DNA from: Candidatus Poribacteria bacterium
GTDB lineage: Bacteria; Poribacteria; WGA-4E; WGA-3G
Direction of reading: 5' to 3'
Assembly (NCBI GenBank): GCA_963663765.2
Contig: CAXXUA010000003.1
Location: forward strand, 558,081 to 622,080
DNA length: 64,000 bases
The position numbers and the translations under genes are program-made. The notes under the pieces were generated by a model that was given only the letters and a program-made list of their open reading frames with translations, was not told where the DNA came from and did no database searches. Numbering within the stretch: the stretch's first letter is position 1; every line of letters begins with the position of its first letter. Shown here one piece after another: positions 1 to 12,192 of this stretch.

Positions 1-211
1 TCTAATAGTGTATCCTTGCAACTTTCCATTTTTGCTTTATCCAATTTTTAGATTTAAACTCCTTACGGCTCAACTTACGATGTTCTCGTTTGAGTATTCG
101 CTCGTGGCGTTTCAAGGGTCTGGAATTATCGTATTTCTTACCATCACTCAGGGTTACCAATGTGTTGATACCAACATCTATATCAATTAATAAGGTGCGT
201 TGCGTTATCAA
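1..211 (-). pseudogene. tnpB: IS200/IS605-family TnpB fragment (RuvC-I region), 5'-truncated with an in-frame stop
   Basis: IDVGINTLVTLSDG...LKREHRKLSRK...SKNWIKQKWKVARIH matches the typical TnpB RuvC-I/helical segment; TAG at 2-4. Confidence 0.75.
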
Positions 212-236
212 CTGCTTCGGTGACCTTCCTCTGTGT

Positions 237-856
237 CTACGGTGATGATGTTTGTGTAGGATTCAATTCCCACAGCAGCACCGTCCCGTCCGAACTCCCA
301 CTTGCGATTGTATTGCCATCCGGAGTAAAAGAGATGCATTCGACCGAACCCGTATGCCCTGTGAGAGTTCTGAGATGCTTTCCTGTTTTTGCGTCCCACA
401 AGCGGATGGTCTCGTCCGAACTCCCACTTGCGATTGTGTTGTTGCCAACCGGACTAAAAGAAACGCTGTAAACCGAACCCGTATGTCCTGTGAGAGTTCT
501 GAGATGCTTCCTGTTTTTGCGTCCCATAAGCGGATAGTCTCATCCGAACTGCCACTTGCGATTGTGTTGTTGTCATCCGGACTAAACGAGACGCTGGAGA
601 CCGGACTCGTATGCCCGGTGAGGAGATTAAGTTCTTCACCTGTCTGAGCATCGTAAATCCATATACCGATACTACTCGCTACTGCCAACTTGGTGCCATC
701 GGGTGAATACATAATTTCATAGATCCGACCTTTGCCGAGTCGGACTTTTGCTCCATCCGGTAGACTCAATTTTGTATAGTCTTGGGCAAAACTGTTCGGT
801 GCTACCGCAAAGATTACAAACAGAACGGTTAAAATCAAAAGTAAGATGTTTTTCAT
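237..856 (-). pseudogene. Secreted WD40-repeat protein, frameshifted near 509
   Basis: Signal peptide MKNILLL..., family N-terminus LPDGAKVRLGKG, GHT..V.SVSFSPDG repeats; one T is missing versus the neighbouring repeat (gatgcttc vs gatgctttc), possibly a sequencing error. Confidence 0.8.
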
Positions 857-1010
857 TATAAAATCGCTCTCTTGATACACTTATTTCTGTTTTTTCCTAA
901 TGTTTTCCAATCTCAAATAAAAAATGAAAATAATTAATTCCCCGCGTCATACTAAAAAACAGATAGGACGACACAGGGGAACATATCATTCAAATCCGTT
1001 TACTTCAACA

Positions 1011-1970
1011 TTACCATTCAAACACGGTACCCAGTAATCGCATCGGTTCATCACGTAGCCAACGGTATATCTGAGGTGCTTCAGTAACATTGACTCGGTG
1101 CCGAATTAGCGGTGTGATCCTTACTGACTCTTGACGAACAAATCGACAAAGATTTTCAAGATCATCGCGAGTAAAATGGCTACAATGTAAAATACTGATC
1201 TCCTTGAATTGCCCGACATTGAAGGTATAGTTCACATCAAACCTACCAGCAACCAATAGCAAACGTCCACGGGTTTTGCATGCTTGAATCATCGGTGAAA
1301 TCATATCTGTAGCACCGGCAAAATCCATCACCGCATCAAAACTGCCATCAGCAATAAGTTTTCTCCACCCATCACCACTTGTATTGAGAACCAATTCAGC
1401 GATACCAAGTTCACGAACTTGTTCCAAACGGGACTCATCAATATCACACACGGATACGCGTGCTCCCATTGCATACATAATCTGCGCAGCAAACATGCCG
1501 ATACATCCTTGTCCAACGATAAGCACGCGTTCTCCAATACGCGGATCAACACGTCGACAACAGTGCATTGCTACACCCGATATACCGAATAACGCTGCCG
1601 CCGCAGGATCAATATCCTCAGGCAATTTCAACAATAACCCGTTTTCTGCAATACTGAACCGTTCAACATGATCCACACTTGCATAAATGAGATCTCCAAT
1701 CTCAAGTTGTGTGACATCTGGTCCAGTTTCAATTACACGTCCAACGTTCTGATAACCACCGCCACAGGGCAAACTCTCGTCTGCGGGAGCATAGTTCCCA
1801 CTGATCAACTGGTTGCGTTCCGTGCCGTTTGTTAGTCCCGTGAAAACTGCTTCACATAATACCTCGTTACCCACAGGCGACGCAGGTTCTTTCCAGTCAA
1901 AAACCACAGTTTTCTCACGGCGTTTATCCGGCAATAGTTTGATGACAATTGCTCTCACAGGTTTAATCAA
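1011..1970 (-). CDS. Zinc-binding/medium-chain dehydrogenase-reductase family protein
   Basis: GYQNVGRVIETG, GDLIYA and Rossmann motif VLIVGQGCIG. Confidence 0.85.
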   Translation of the reverse strand: MIKPVRAIVIKLLPDKRREKTVVFDWKEPASPVGNEVLCEAVFTGLTNGTERNQLISGNYAPADESLPCGGGYQNVGRVIETGPDVTQLEIGDLIYASVDHVERFSIAENGLLLKLPEDIDPAAAALFGISGVAMHCCRRVDPRIGERVLIVGQGCIGMFAAQIMYAMGARVSVCDIDESRLEQVRELGIAELVLNTSGDGWRKLIADGSFDAVMDFAGATDMISPMIQACKTRGRLLLVAGRFDVNYTFNVGQFKEISILHCSHFTRDDLENLCRFVRQESVRITPLIRHRVNVTEAPQIYRWLRDEPMRLLGTVFEW

Positions 1971-2155
1971 TCCTACAGAATAATGCTAAACAAACAAGAT
2001 AATTCTACCACACATTGTTAACTTACCTTATTCATACTAAATTGTCAAGTGTGTTGATCTTTCAGGGTGTGTAAAGTTTTCAATTTATTGAGTAAAATTT
2101 TATCACAGTCGCTTGTCCTTGAGTTAGCTTATTTTTGGGAGTTAACTCATTCTTT

Positions 2156-2334
2156 GTCTGAACCAGGATTTTCAGGATTACCAGATTTTCAGGATTTACC
2201 TCGTCAAGGGTTTTTGATATGTGTTTATGCCCTCTTTTGGAATAGGATCTGATGAGAAATATCTTGATAATCTACTAATCCCGGTGAATGCCATAAGGCA
2301 TTCATACCGTTGATTTGAAAATCCTAGTTCAGAC
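2156..2334. repeat. Inverted-repeat-bounded MITE-like segment
   Basis: gtctgaaccaggattttca (2156) and tgaaaatcctagttcagac (2316-2334), 18/19 inverted match. Confidence 0.5.
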
Positions 2335-2416
2335 CAAAATCAAGAATACCATAAAAATCCTATATAATTGCTAATCTTAACCCAAAGTTAACTGGCATTA
2401 CGATATATTCTTAAGA

Positions 2417-3380
2417 CTGAATAACCCTGCCTTTTTAGCGTTTGCTATCTCCCTTTATATTTCCGTGCTACAATAACCTTTTATCAGGGTTATTCAGTTT
2501 TAGGGATTTTAGCTGTTTCCTGAGAAAATCGCGACCGGGAGGTCGCTCCTACCGCGTGGTTATTTTTTTGAAAAATTCAAACATTAGGTAAACTGAATAA
2601 AACTGCCTTTTTAGCGTTTACTATCTCCCTTTATATTTCCGTGCTACAAAAACCTTTTATCAGGGTTATTCAGTTTTAGGGATTTTAGCTGTTTCCTGAG
2701 AAAATCGCGACCGGGAGGTCGCTCCTACCGCGTGGTTATTTTTTTGAAAAATTCAAACATTAGGTAAACTGAATAAAACTGCCTTTTTAGCGTTTACTAT
2801 CTCCCTTTATATTTCCGTGCTACAAAAACCTTTTATCAGGGTTATTCAGTTTTAGGGATTTTAGCTGTTTCCTGAGAAAATCGCGACCGGGAGGTCGCTC
2901 CTACCGCGTGGTTATTTTTTTGAAAAATTCAAACATTAGGTAAACTGAATAAAACTGCCTTTTTAGCGTTTACTATCTCCCTTTATATTTCCGTGCTACA
3001 AAAACCTTTTATCAGGGTTATTCAGTTTTAGGGATTTTAGCTGTTTCCTGAGAAAATCGCGACCGGGAGGTCGCTCCTACCGCGTGGTTATTTTTTTGAA
3101 AAATTCAAACATTAGGTAAACTGAATAAAACTGCCTTTTCAGCGTTTACTATCTCCCTTTATATTTCCGTGCTACAAAAACCTTTTATCAGAGTTACTCA
3201 GTTTTAGGTATTTTAGCTTTTTTCTGAGAAAATCGCGACCGGCAAATCAAGAAATCAACGGTATGAATGCGCGTATGGCATTCACCGGGTATGAATGCCT
3301 GTTGGCATTCCCCGGGTCGCTCCTACCGCGTGGTTAATTTCTTTGAAAAATTCAAACATTAGGAAAACTGAATAACCCTG
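2417..3380. repeat. Tandem array of about 5 x 176-bp units, each an approximately 121-bp ISAs1-type MITE carrying a GTAG-REP hairpin plus a constant spacer
   Basis: gcgaccgg recurs at 2531, 2707, 2883, 3059 and 3235; unit ends are cagggttattcagttt / aaactgaataa(aa|cc)ctg. Confidence 0.9.
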
Positions 3381-3500
3381 ACCTTTTTAACTCCTATTGA
3401 CATTGTTTATTTTTACAAGTATACTATCGTCAGATAAACGGACTTATACAATGCTATTTACGGTGTTTGGACATTTCATTTAGCAAATTGGAAAGACCGC

Positions 3501-5846
3501 TTACTGCAATATTTTCCAATCCGCCCACGAAGTGGTGAGTTTTCCTTTTGCCGACACAAGCCCTCTCAACCGAACCTTTGCTAACTGCTCTCGAACCCCA
3601 GCATGCGATACGTCCTCTATTCGATAATAGTAGACTGTATTCGGTTTAGCCGTGGTATCTGTCAATGTATACTCATTTTGTTCACCTGTGGTGCCAGCAC
3701 CTTGGACCATTGTCGGATTGACGACTTTGAATTCACCATCCTTTGTTTCACTGCGGTAGATATAAAAACCTGCGTTGTCTACCTCTGATTCAGTTGTCCA
3801 GTTGAGGATAACACCTGCATCGGTGTGTTCTGCTCGGAACAGAGATAAGGTGACGGGTAATATACCTCCAAGCGTATAACTCGGATTACCCACATCTGTC
3901 GGATCACCAAAATAGGTAGACTTACCGAGTTTGACATCTACAGCGCGCTGCCAACTTGATGCTTCCCTGCCAACAAGCGGTCTCCGAGTTTCATGATGAT
4001 AAAGCCGGAGCATAGAAATTCGCGCACCGTTCTCCGTTATCCCAGAGGGTAATTCCCATATAGGTGTATCCTGTGTTTCGCTATCACCATCAAGGTTGCC
4101 AACTGTATCAACTACAGTGCCAGTCGGTGTTGTCAGCTGCAGAAACAAACCATCCGGACTTAGAACGTTATTGCTTCCGAACTTAATAATATCCGCAAGA
4201 TGGTGCTCAAAAAGATTGTAAACGCGTCTATCAGGAATGTTTTCTGCGTTCTGCGCTGTCCCCGTCACCCAAAGTGCCGTTTGCTTAGGCAAGATAACCA
4301 AATCTTTTAGTGTGAGAACTGCATGCCGATTCTGTTTACCGTGCCGTGACTCAATTGTCACTTCCCATCCGGTGAGATCAACCGCCTCTATAGGGGAGTT
4401 GTTGTATAGTTCTATCCACTGGGGCACCGTTCGGTTGCCGATTTTGTTGGTGAACATCATCTCGCTGAAACTTATCTGTCCGGTGTATTTTTGTCGGACT
4501 AACGGATTATTTGGGTAACCGGGTGTGCCGAGGCTTGTGTCTTTCGGTGCTGTCGGTTGATACCCGATCCCTGCTTGATACCTACTTTCACGCCACGCCT
4601 CTACATCATATCCGACATACGATATTGTTGCGCGTTGCCATGCAGTTCCTTGTGTTAGCGGTTGGTCTGCTGTTAACTTGTCAAGGAAATACGTTCCTGC
4701 CACATCCTCAATTGCTTCCTGTGTGCCGTTTCTATCCAACGCACTTCGCAATATCAGCATATATGGCTTATTAGTTAATTGGAGTTTATTCGTCACTAAA
4801 TAATCGTGCTGCGCACCGTTTCTAATATCTGGCGTTCTGATATTCTGTCCGCGCAGCAGTGTTGTTTCTCTCGGATCAGTATTGGTTATCAGCAAGATGC
4901 CACCAACGGGTAGGGTGTAGTCAGGAAACGAGACGACAACAACTTCCGGGTTCACCGTTTTATCTTCACGAGTAAGCATGCTAATCTCCCACTCCTTGAG
5001 AGAAATGTCCGTATTTCCGATGTTCCTGAGCTCTATCCAGTCATTTCTGTCATCAGCAGCGTTGCGTACCTCATTGAAAAACACCCGTGTCAACGCAACT
5101 TGTGATTCGTGCGGCACTGAAGTTTCAAGGTCAACCGATATGCCCGCGGCAATTAGTTCATGGATTTGAAAAATATCTGTAATCGGGTTATCTGTAATAT
5201 ATAATTCCTCTAAATTGGTTAATGAGTAAAGCGAATGTATACTTTCTACTTTGTTAGAACTAATGTTTAATATCTCCAGTTGTAGTAAGGCATTGAGTGG
5301 GGTTACGGTACTAATCTGATTATCTGCAAGGTATAATTCTACTAATTGCGTTAACCCACGTAACGGCACAAGATTGCTTAGCTGGTTAGAATTAAGAAAC
5401 AACTCCTCTAATTGTGTCAAACCTGAAAGTGGTTTTAGGTCACTGATGATATTGTCATTAAGCCATAATATAGATAAATTCGCTAACGTTGAAAGTGGGG
5501 TGATGTCCTTAATCTTGTTCGAGCCGAGTGATAGTAGTTCAAGTTGGGTCAAGTCTGCTAACACACTAATGTCACTAATTTGATTTGACTTTAGATTTAG
5601 GATTTCCAAATTCGTTGCGTGTTCCAATCCTGTTAAATCGGTAATTTCTGAATTGCTACCATTCAGTGCTGTCATCTGCAGCATCAATTGTTGTGTGATA
5701 GGTACGTTTTGAGACAACCTAAAATGTTCCCGTATAGCTGATGCTAAATTCGGGTCGGGTATGTACACCTCTTGTGCATAAGTAATTCGGTTCAATCCGA
5801 TAATAACAATTAGAACACAACATATCGTATAAATTCGTTTTATCAT
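3501..5846 (-). CDS. Secreted LRR protein with two lamin-tail-like domains and an LPV...KLTTSW C-terminal domain
   Basis: RBS aaggagg, signal peptide, IPDPNL cap and 22-aa LRRs, FNEV..DWIELRN and FSEMM..QWIELYN motifs, LPVTLSLFRAE. Confidence 0.85.
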   Translation of the reverse strand: MIKRIYTICCVLIVIIGLNRITYAQEVYIPDPNLASAIREHFRLSQNVPITQQLMLQMTALNGSNSEITDLTGLEHATNLEILNLKSNQISDISVLADLTQLELLSLGSNKIKDITPLSTLANLSILWLNDNIISDLKPLSGLTQLEELFLNSNQLSNLVPLRGLTQLVELYLADNQISTVTPLNALLQLEILNISSNKVESIHSLYSLTNLEELYITDNPITDIFQIHELIAAGISVDLETSVPHESQVALTRVFFNEVRNAADDRNDWIELRNIGNTDISLKEWEISMLTREDKTVNPEVVVVSFPDYTLPVGGILLITNTDPRETTLLRGQNIRTPDIRNGAQHDYLVTNKLQLTNKPYMLILRSALDRNGTQEAIEDVAGTYFLDKLTADQPLTQGTAWQRATISYVGYDVEAWRESRYQAGIGYQPTAPKDTSLGTPGYPNNPLVRQKYTGQISFSEMMFTNKIGNRTVPQWIELYNNSPIEAVDLTGWEVTIESRHGKQNRHAVLTLKDLVILPKQTALWVTGTAQNAENIPDRRVYNLFEHHLADIIKFGSNNVLSPDGLFLQLTTPTGTVVDTVGNLDGDSETQDTPIWELPSGITENGARISMLRLYHHETRRPLVGREASSWQRAVDVKLGKSTYFGDPTDVGNPSYTLGGILPVTLSLFRAEHTDAGVILNWTTESEVDNAGFYIYRSETKDGEFKVVNPTMVQGAGTTGEQNEYTLTDTTAKPNTVYYYRIEDVSHAGVREQLAKVRLRGLVSAKGKLTTSWADWKILQ

Positions 5847-5874
5847 ATCTTTCCTCCTTTTAGACAATCCATTT

Positions 5875-8800
5875 CTACTTCCTTATCAACATCTTTCGTA
5901 TTTTCGTATAATTACCCGCCTTGAATTTGACAAAATAGAGACCTCCCGCCACCTTCTCACCGAGATTGTTTTTACCATCCCAATATGCCGCGCGGCTCTG
6001 ACTATAATAGACTCCTGCATCACGATGCCCCAACGTTATCTGTCTAACCACAACACCCCTCACATCATAGAACGTCAGTGTAACATCCGCGGATTTTGCT
6101 AACTGGTAAGGTATCCACGTCTCCGGGTTGAACGGGTTGGGATAGTTGGGTAGGAGTGCAGTTTTGGCAGGATTTGCTTGTGCTGACGGGGCAGCACTAA
6201 TATCAACGTCTATGCTGATAGTTTGTGTTGTTTTTGCTTGAAGTCTGCGAAGTGGAGCTAAATCCGAAATCGGATTGCCACCAATACCCAGCCCGGTAAG
6301 AGCTGTTAAATCTTCAAGAGGTGTGACGTTGCTGATGGAATTGCTAACCAGATTGAGATATGTCAGCGAAGTCAACCCAGAAAGTGCAGATATATCACTG
6401 ATGGAATTGTTATACAGATAGAGCTCCGTCAGCGAAGCCAACCCAGAAACCGCTGATATATCGCTGATGGAATTGTCAGACAACCCCAACCTTATCAGTG
6501 AAGTCAACCCTGATACCACTGATATATCACTGATGGAATTATCAGGCAGATGGAGCCCTGTCAGCGAGGTCAACCCAGAAAGTGCAGATATATCACTGAT
6601 GGAATTGCTATTCAGAAAGAGATATGTCAGCGAAGTCAACCCAGAAAGTGCAGATATATCACTGATAGAATTGAAATGTAGTTCAAGACCTGTCAACGAA
6701 GTCAACCCAGAAAGTGCAGATATATCGCTGATGGAATTGTGATCCAGCCTAGATATTGTAAGCGAAGTCAACCCAGAAAGTGCAGATATATCGCTGATGG
6801 AATTGTTATACAGAAAGAGATATGTCAGCGAAGTTAACCCTGAAATCGCGGATATATCACTGATGGAATTGCTACCCAGATTGAGCGATGTCAACGAAGT
6901 CAACTCCGAAACCGCAGATATATCACTGATGGAATTGTCATACAGATAGAGCGTTGTTAGACTCGTTGCATGTTCCAATCCTGATATATTGCTTATATTA
7001 GACTCAATGGCAGATAGACTTGTTAATCTTTTCATCGTTTCTTGTGTAAGTGCATCACCTTCCTGTAGTCCGAGTGCGGTGCGCACCTTTGCACGTAAGT
7101 TCGCATCCGGCATCCACTCCTCTTCAGACAGGTCAGTTGATGTACCATTGTTGGGATCTTGTGTAATATCAATATCTATGCTGATGGTATGTGTTGTTTT
7201 TGCCTGCAGCCTGCGGAGTGGAGCGTAATCTGTAATCGGATTGCCTGAAAGATATAATTCTGTGAGTGCTGTTAAATTTTCAATAGGTGATACATCGCTG
7301 ATGGAATTGCCATTCAGATAGAGCAAGGTTAACGAAGTCAATCCTGAAACCGCAGATATATCGCTGATGGAATTGTTCTACAGCCCGAGCGTTGTCAACG
7401 AAGTCAAGCCTGAAACCGCAGATATATCGCTGATGGAATTGCCAGCCAGACTGAGCCAGGTTAACGAAGTCAATCCTGAAACAGCTGATAAATCGCTGAT
7501 GGAATTGTGGCCCAACCCGAGCGTTGTCAACGAAGTCAACCCTGAAACAGCTGATATATCACTGATGGAATTGAAAAGCAGATCGAGGAATGTCAACGAA
7601 GTCAATCCAGAAACAGCTGATATATCGCTGATGGAATTGCCAACCAGACTGAGCGAGGTTAACGAAGTCAACCCTGAAACAGCTGATATATCGCTGATTT
7701 GATTCTCCGAGAGATCTAAGGATTGTAGTTGTGTTGCATATTCTAATCCGGTGATGTCGGTTATCTCTGAACCTATAGCAGATAGCCTCGTCAATCCTTG
7801 CAGTGTTTCTTGTGTAAGTGCATCACCTTCCTGCAGTCCGAGTGCGGTGCGCACCTTTACACGTAAATTCGCATCTGGCATCCACTCCTCTTCAGACAGG
7901 TCATCAGTTGATGTATCATTGTTGGGATCTTGTGTAATATCAATATCTATGCTGATAGTTTGTGTTGTTTTTGCTTGAAGTCTGCGGAGTGGAGCTAAAT
8001 CTGTAATCGGATTGCCTGAAAGATATAATTCTGTGAGTGCTGTTAAATTTTCAATAGGTGATACATCGCTGATGGAATTGTGGACCAGACTGAGCGTTGT
8101 CAACGAAGTCAACCCTGAGACCACGGATATATCGCTGATGGAATTGTTACCCAGCCCGAGCGTTGTCAACGAAGTCAACCCTTCAACGGGTGTGATGTCG
8201 CTGATTTGGTTCAAATCAAGATTTAATGACCGTAAATTCGTTGCATGTTCCAATCCGGTAAGATCACTTATTTGACTTCTAGGAGCACTTAACGATGTCA
8301 ATCCTTGCAGTGTTTCTTGTGTAAGTGCATTATGTTCCTGTAGTCCGAGTGCGGTGCGCACCGTCGCACGTAAATTCACATCCGGCATCCACGTTTCCTC
8401 AGAAACAGCAGCAGTATTAACAGTTACTGTAATAGTTTGTGTAGCCGTCAACTCACCATCATCTGCTTCAACGGTAATAGTTGCGTTTCCCTCACTCACA
8501 GGTGTAATTGTCACCGTGGATTCAGAAGCTTGTGCGGTTGCAACACTTGTATTACTGGAGTTTAACGTAAAGATAAGGGTATCATTGTTCGCATCTGTGA
8601 AGTAACCAGAAACGTCAAGAGACGTTGGAGTTCCGACATTCAACGTCTGTGCAGCAATCGTCCCTTGAGCACGAGGTGCCACATTTACTGTATCTATGAT
8701 TAGGTCGGATCCACGAACATTGATTATGATAATGTTAGAACAGTTATTGTCTGTATGTTCTTCATCCGTTACACTGTCTACGCACGCATAGTAATAGTAT

Positions 8801-11800
8801 ATACCGGACTGATTCGGTGCACGGACACTATGAATTTCTTCATCCGAGTTACCTTTTCTTATACGTCGGACAGAATCTGTGCCAATTTGTTGATCATCCG
8901 GTGAAATTGCTGCATCTGCAGAAAGATAGTAACGGACCGTCGTAGAATTTGACGCATCTGCTGTTCCTTGATTTCGGACAGTGGCTTCTAAATTGATAGA
9001 TGCATTTGAATCAACGAGACTCTTGTTTGATGAAAGCGTGATAACCAAATCAGGCGATTCAGAAATGGTAACGGGAATTGGGTTAACCGTAACAGAGAAG
9101 GTCTGTGTAGCCGTCAACTCGCCATCGCTTGCCGTTATTGTAATCGTCGCGCTGCCTTCTGCAATAGGACGGATCGTTAAAATTGAACCTGACACCCCTG
9201 CTGCCTCTGCAACGACTATGCTGGTATCAGAGGAAATTGCTGTGTAGGTAAGTGAAGTATTGTTTGGATCAGAGAAATACGTTGATACGTCCAGTCTAAT
9301 ATGGGTATCCGTTACAGAGAGGGTCTGACTCGATATTGTGCCGACAGTTGTTGGTGCCCGGTTTTGAACAGTAATTGTAATAGCATAAGAACAGTTATCA
9401 CCTGTATCGCTTTCATCTGTGATACTCTCCACACATCCGCCGTAATAGTAGGTACCAGATTCCATAGGTGCTGTCAGATTGATTTGCTGTGTTACCCTTC
9501 CACCGACATTAAGTGAACTGACGTTAGCACTTCCAATTTCCGTATCATTCATGGATATATTTGAGTTAGGTGAGCGATACCATCGGAACGTTGTAGCAGA
9601 TGAGTTCGCTGTGCCATTGTTACGTACAGTGGCATTCAGCGTAAAACTTTCACCTGGTCCTAAGGTCGCAGCACTTGTCGTCGGGGTCTCGACGACTAAA
9701 TTTGGTAATGCAGGTTCATCCGGATCCGGGGCTTGCACAGTGATTGCAACTGCTGCGGAGCAATTGTTGTTTGAATTACTCTCATTGTCCACATCTGATA
9801 CACATGCCCCATAATAGTAGACACCCGGCTCGGTCGGTGCAGTTAGACTAATTGATTCCCTGCCAGTTTCATCTGCATCCAATCTTGTCACAGAGTCATC
9901 GCCAACCCGTCTGTCACTTGGTGATATACGTGCATCTGATGAACGGTAATAATCCAGATCAGCAGAAGATGTCGGCTCACCTAATCCTTGATTACGAACA
10001 GTAGCTCTCAGCGTAAAACTTTCACCAGGGTCAAGAGTCGTCTTACTTACCGAAATGGACTCAACGATATAGTCGGGGTATCCTGTTACCTGAACCTGCT
10101 CCTCGCCGGCAAGGTTGTTAGTAAGCATAGAGACCGTGAGATCGTCTTGGTAATCTGTATCATGAACATTAGATGGCAAAAATGCGCCATAATAGTAGCG
10201 ATCAGGGATATTGAGTGCATTCACTCTGAGTGTTAACGTAGTGCTTTCGCGTTGTCGTAAGGAAGGCACGCTTAGTTTCCCCGCACTTCGTAAATCCCGT
10301 TCTTCGCTTAATTCCTCAAGGTCATCGTTACGACTGCCCGAATGATAGTAAAAATAAATATCTGTCGCAGCGGACTCACCGGGACCGTTGTTTCGAATAT
10401 CTACTTCCAACTCTATTTCTTCACCTATGCCAACTTGACTTTCATTGAGATCAAAATCGCGAATTTCCAAGTCTGGCGGGCGGCGGAATAGTAACTGATC
10501 ACCACCAAAGGCTTCTACACTCCAAGCTTCTATATCCACTTGATCCCATTCTATTTTCCACCAAGTATAACCGTTGTTTTCCTCCGGTCCATCTGTGATA
10601 ATTCCTGTCCCACCATTCCATAATTCTCTTATCACGTTATTGCCAATCCATGGGTTTGATCTTAAGTTAAGACCGTCGCCTGTCAATGGTACATTTTGAA
10701 TGATAACAGAAACGCCTTCTCTAAGTCCTTCAGCGCGAGGATTACTACCGTTGGGAACAGAAAAGATTTGATCATTATTAGGTGGATGGACAGTACTAGT
10801 TTGTCTCACTACCACATAGATAGTTTGTGTAGCAGTTAAGTTCGTGACCGTATCGCGTGCTAAGACTATTACTGTCGCAGTTCCTGCTTCCACGGGTCTA
10901 ATCGTGACTCGCGAACCAGAAACAGATGCTGTTGCGATATTGCTGGGATTTGTACTTACTTCATATTTTAGGCTGTTTGAAGATGAAAAATATTGTGCAA
11001 CGTTTACTGTTGTACCAGAACCGTCGTCTGACAATGATTGAAAAGGAATCGCACCTTGTGGCACTGGAGCCTGAACCGTTGATGTTTGTGCGATTGGAAA
11101 AGTCGTTTGATTTGATGTGAAATTCAGATCAACTTCCTGCTCGGAAACAATAGGGGTTATTGGGAGTTCGCCAATCACCTTTTCATAATTCCATATAGGT
11201 ATCCCTAAAGGATTGAACTCAAGCGTGACATCACTGGTTGCAGCAAGATCAAGCTTATACGTGAATTTTTCATTGTAGCTGCTATTTACCGTGTAAGAGT
11301 TCTGTGACATATCTAATCCAGGCGCTTTAATAGTTTGATTTTCGCGTGTTATCTTTACACCATTCACGGTGATGGATTCACCAGAAAGGGTAGCAGTGCT
11401 TAAAAAACCAAGATTGGCACTAATTGCAGCGTTGCCTATCCCCTTTTCAACTATGGTTGCAGCAGGTTTTGATAATGAAGGTGGTATTGCAGTTAGTGCA
11501 GTAACAATCAGTTGGGTTACCTCAACAGCAGTAAGTTCTGCCTGCACAAGTTTACGAATCCCGCCTCTTACGACAACATCATCATCCAGAAGAAGGGTAC
11601 TAAATGGTTCAGACTCATCCCAAGTTTGATAAGGATTAACTGTAAGGGAACCGATGGGAATTAATTCGCTAAGTAATTGGGAAAGATCTAAGCCCCCAGG
11701 TTCAAAAACTGTCACTTCATCTTTTACGAGTAATGGGAAATCAACCAATTGGTTGATTGCGAATACGGCAACCAAAAGAGTTGGCTCAAGAGTTAAATAA

Positions 11801-12171
11801 GGCACACTTTCTATTACAAACGCGATTTTTACAACACCTTTAAGGGTCAGTCCACCTTTACTTTGAAGATTACCGTCTTTGCCACGAAGCTGAATTGTCC
11901 CATTCTCTTGGTCAAAGGTCATAGTTCCCGTGACATCTGCCTCTATCTGCTCAGGCGTTAAGTCAAAAGTAAATACAATTTGAAAGTGGTTGTCAGGATC
12001 AACATTATTAGGAAATGCATACTCCTTTTGGATACCATCGCTAAAAGGAGTATACTCAGCATTGTAGTTTACAATTTTGGAAACTTGTTGTGAATAGCAA
12101 ACTGAGTAGCACATTAATATTAAAAGTGGGATAACTATGCTGCACGTTATTTTTTTATGTTTCGATGTCAT
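5875..12171 (-). CDS. Large secreted CARDB/Ig-like + LRR protein with FlgD/T9SS-like tail, interrupted by one in-frame TAG at 7378-7380
   Basis: ORFs 7378-12171 and 5875-7341 are in the same frame and the 66-bp LRR register is unbroken across the stop; PDL..VRNQG..YYYGACV repeats; tail PNPFNPETWIPY...RKMLIRK. Confidence 0.8.
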
Positions 12172-12192
12172 TTATGTCCTCCGTTACTTGCG

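Noticed and set aside
2417-3380. CRISPR array
   Set aside because: Whole 176-bp units are repeated with no unique spacers, and no cas genes are present
7378-7380. Pyrrolysine or genetic-code reassignment
   Set aside because: TAG is used as a normal stop elsewhere (5875, 63702) and no pyl genes are seen
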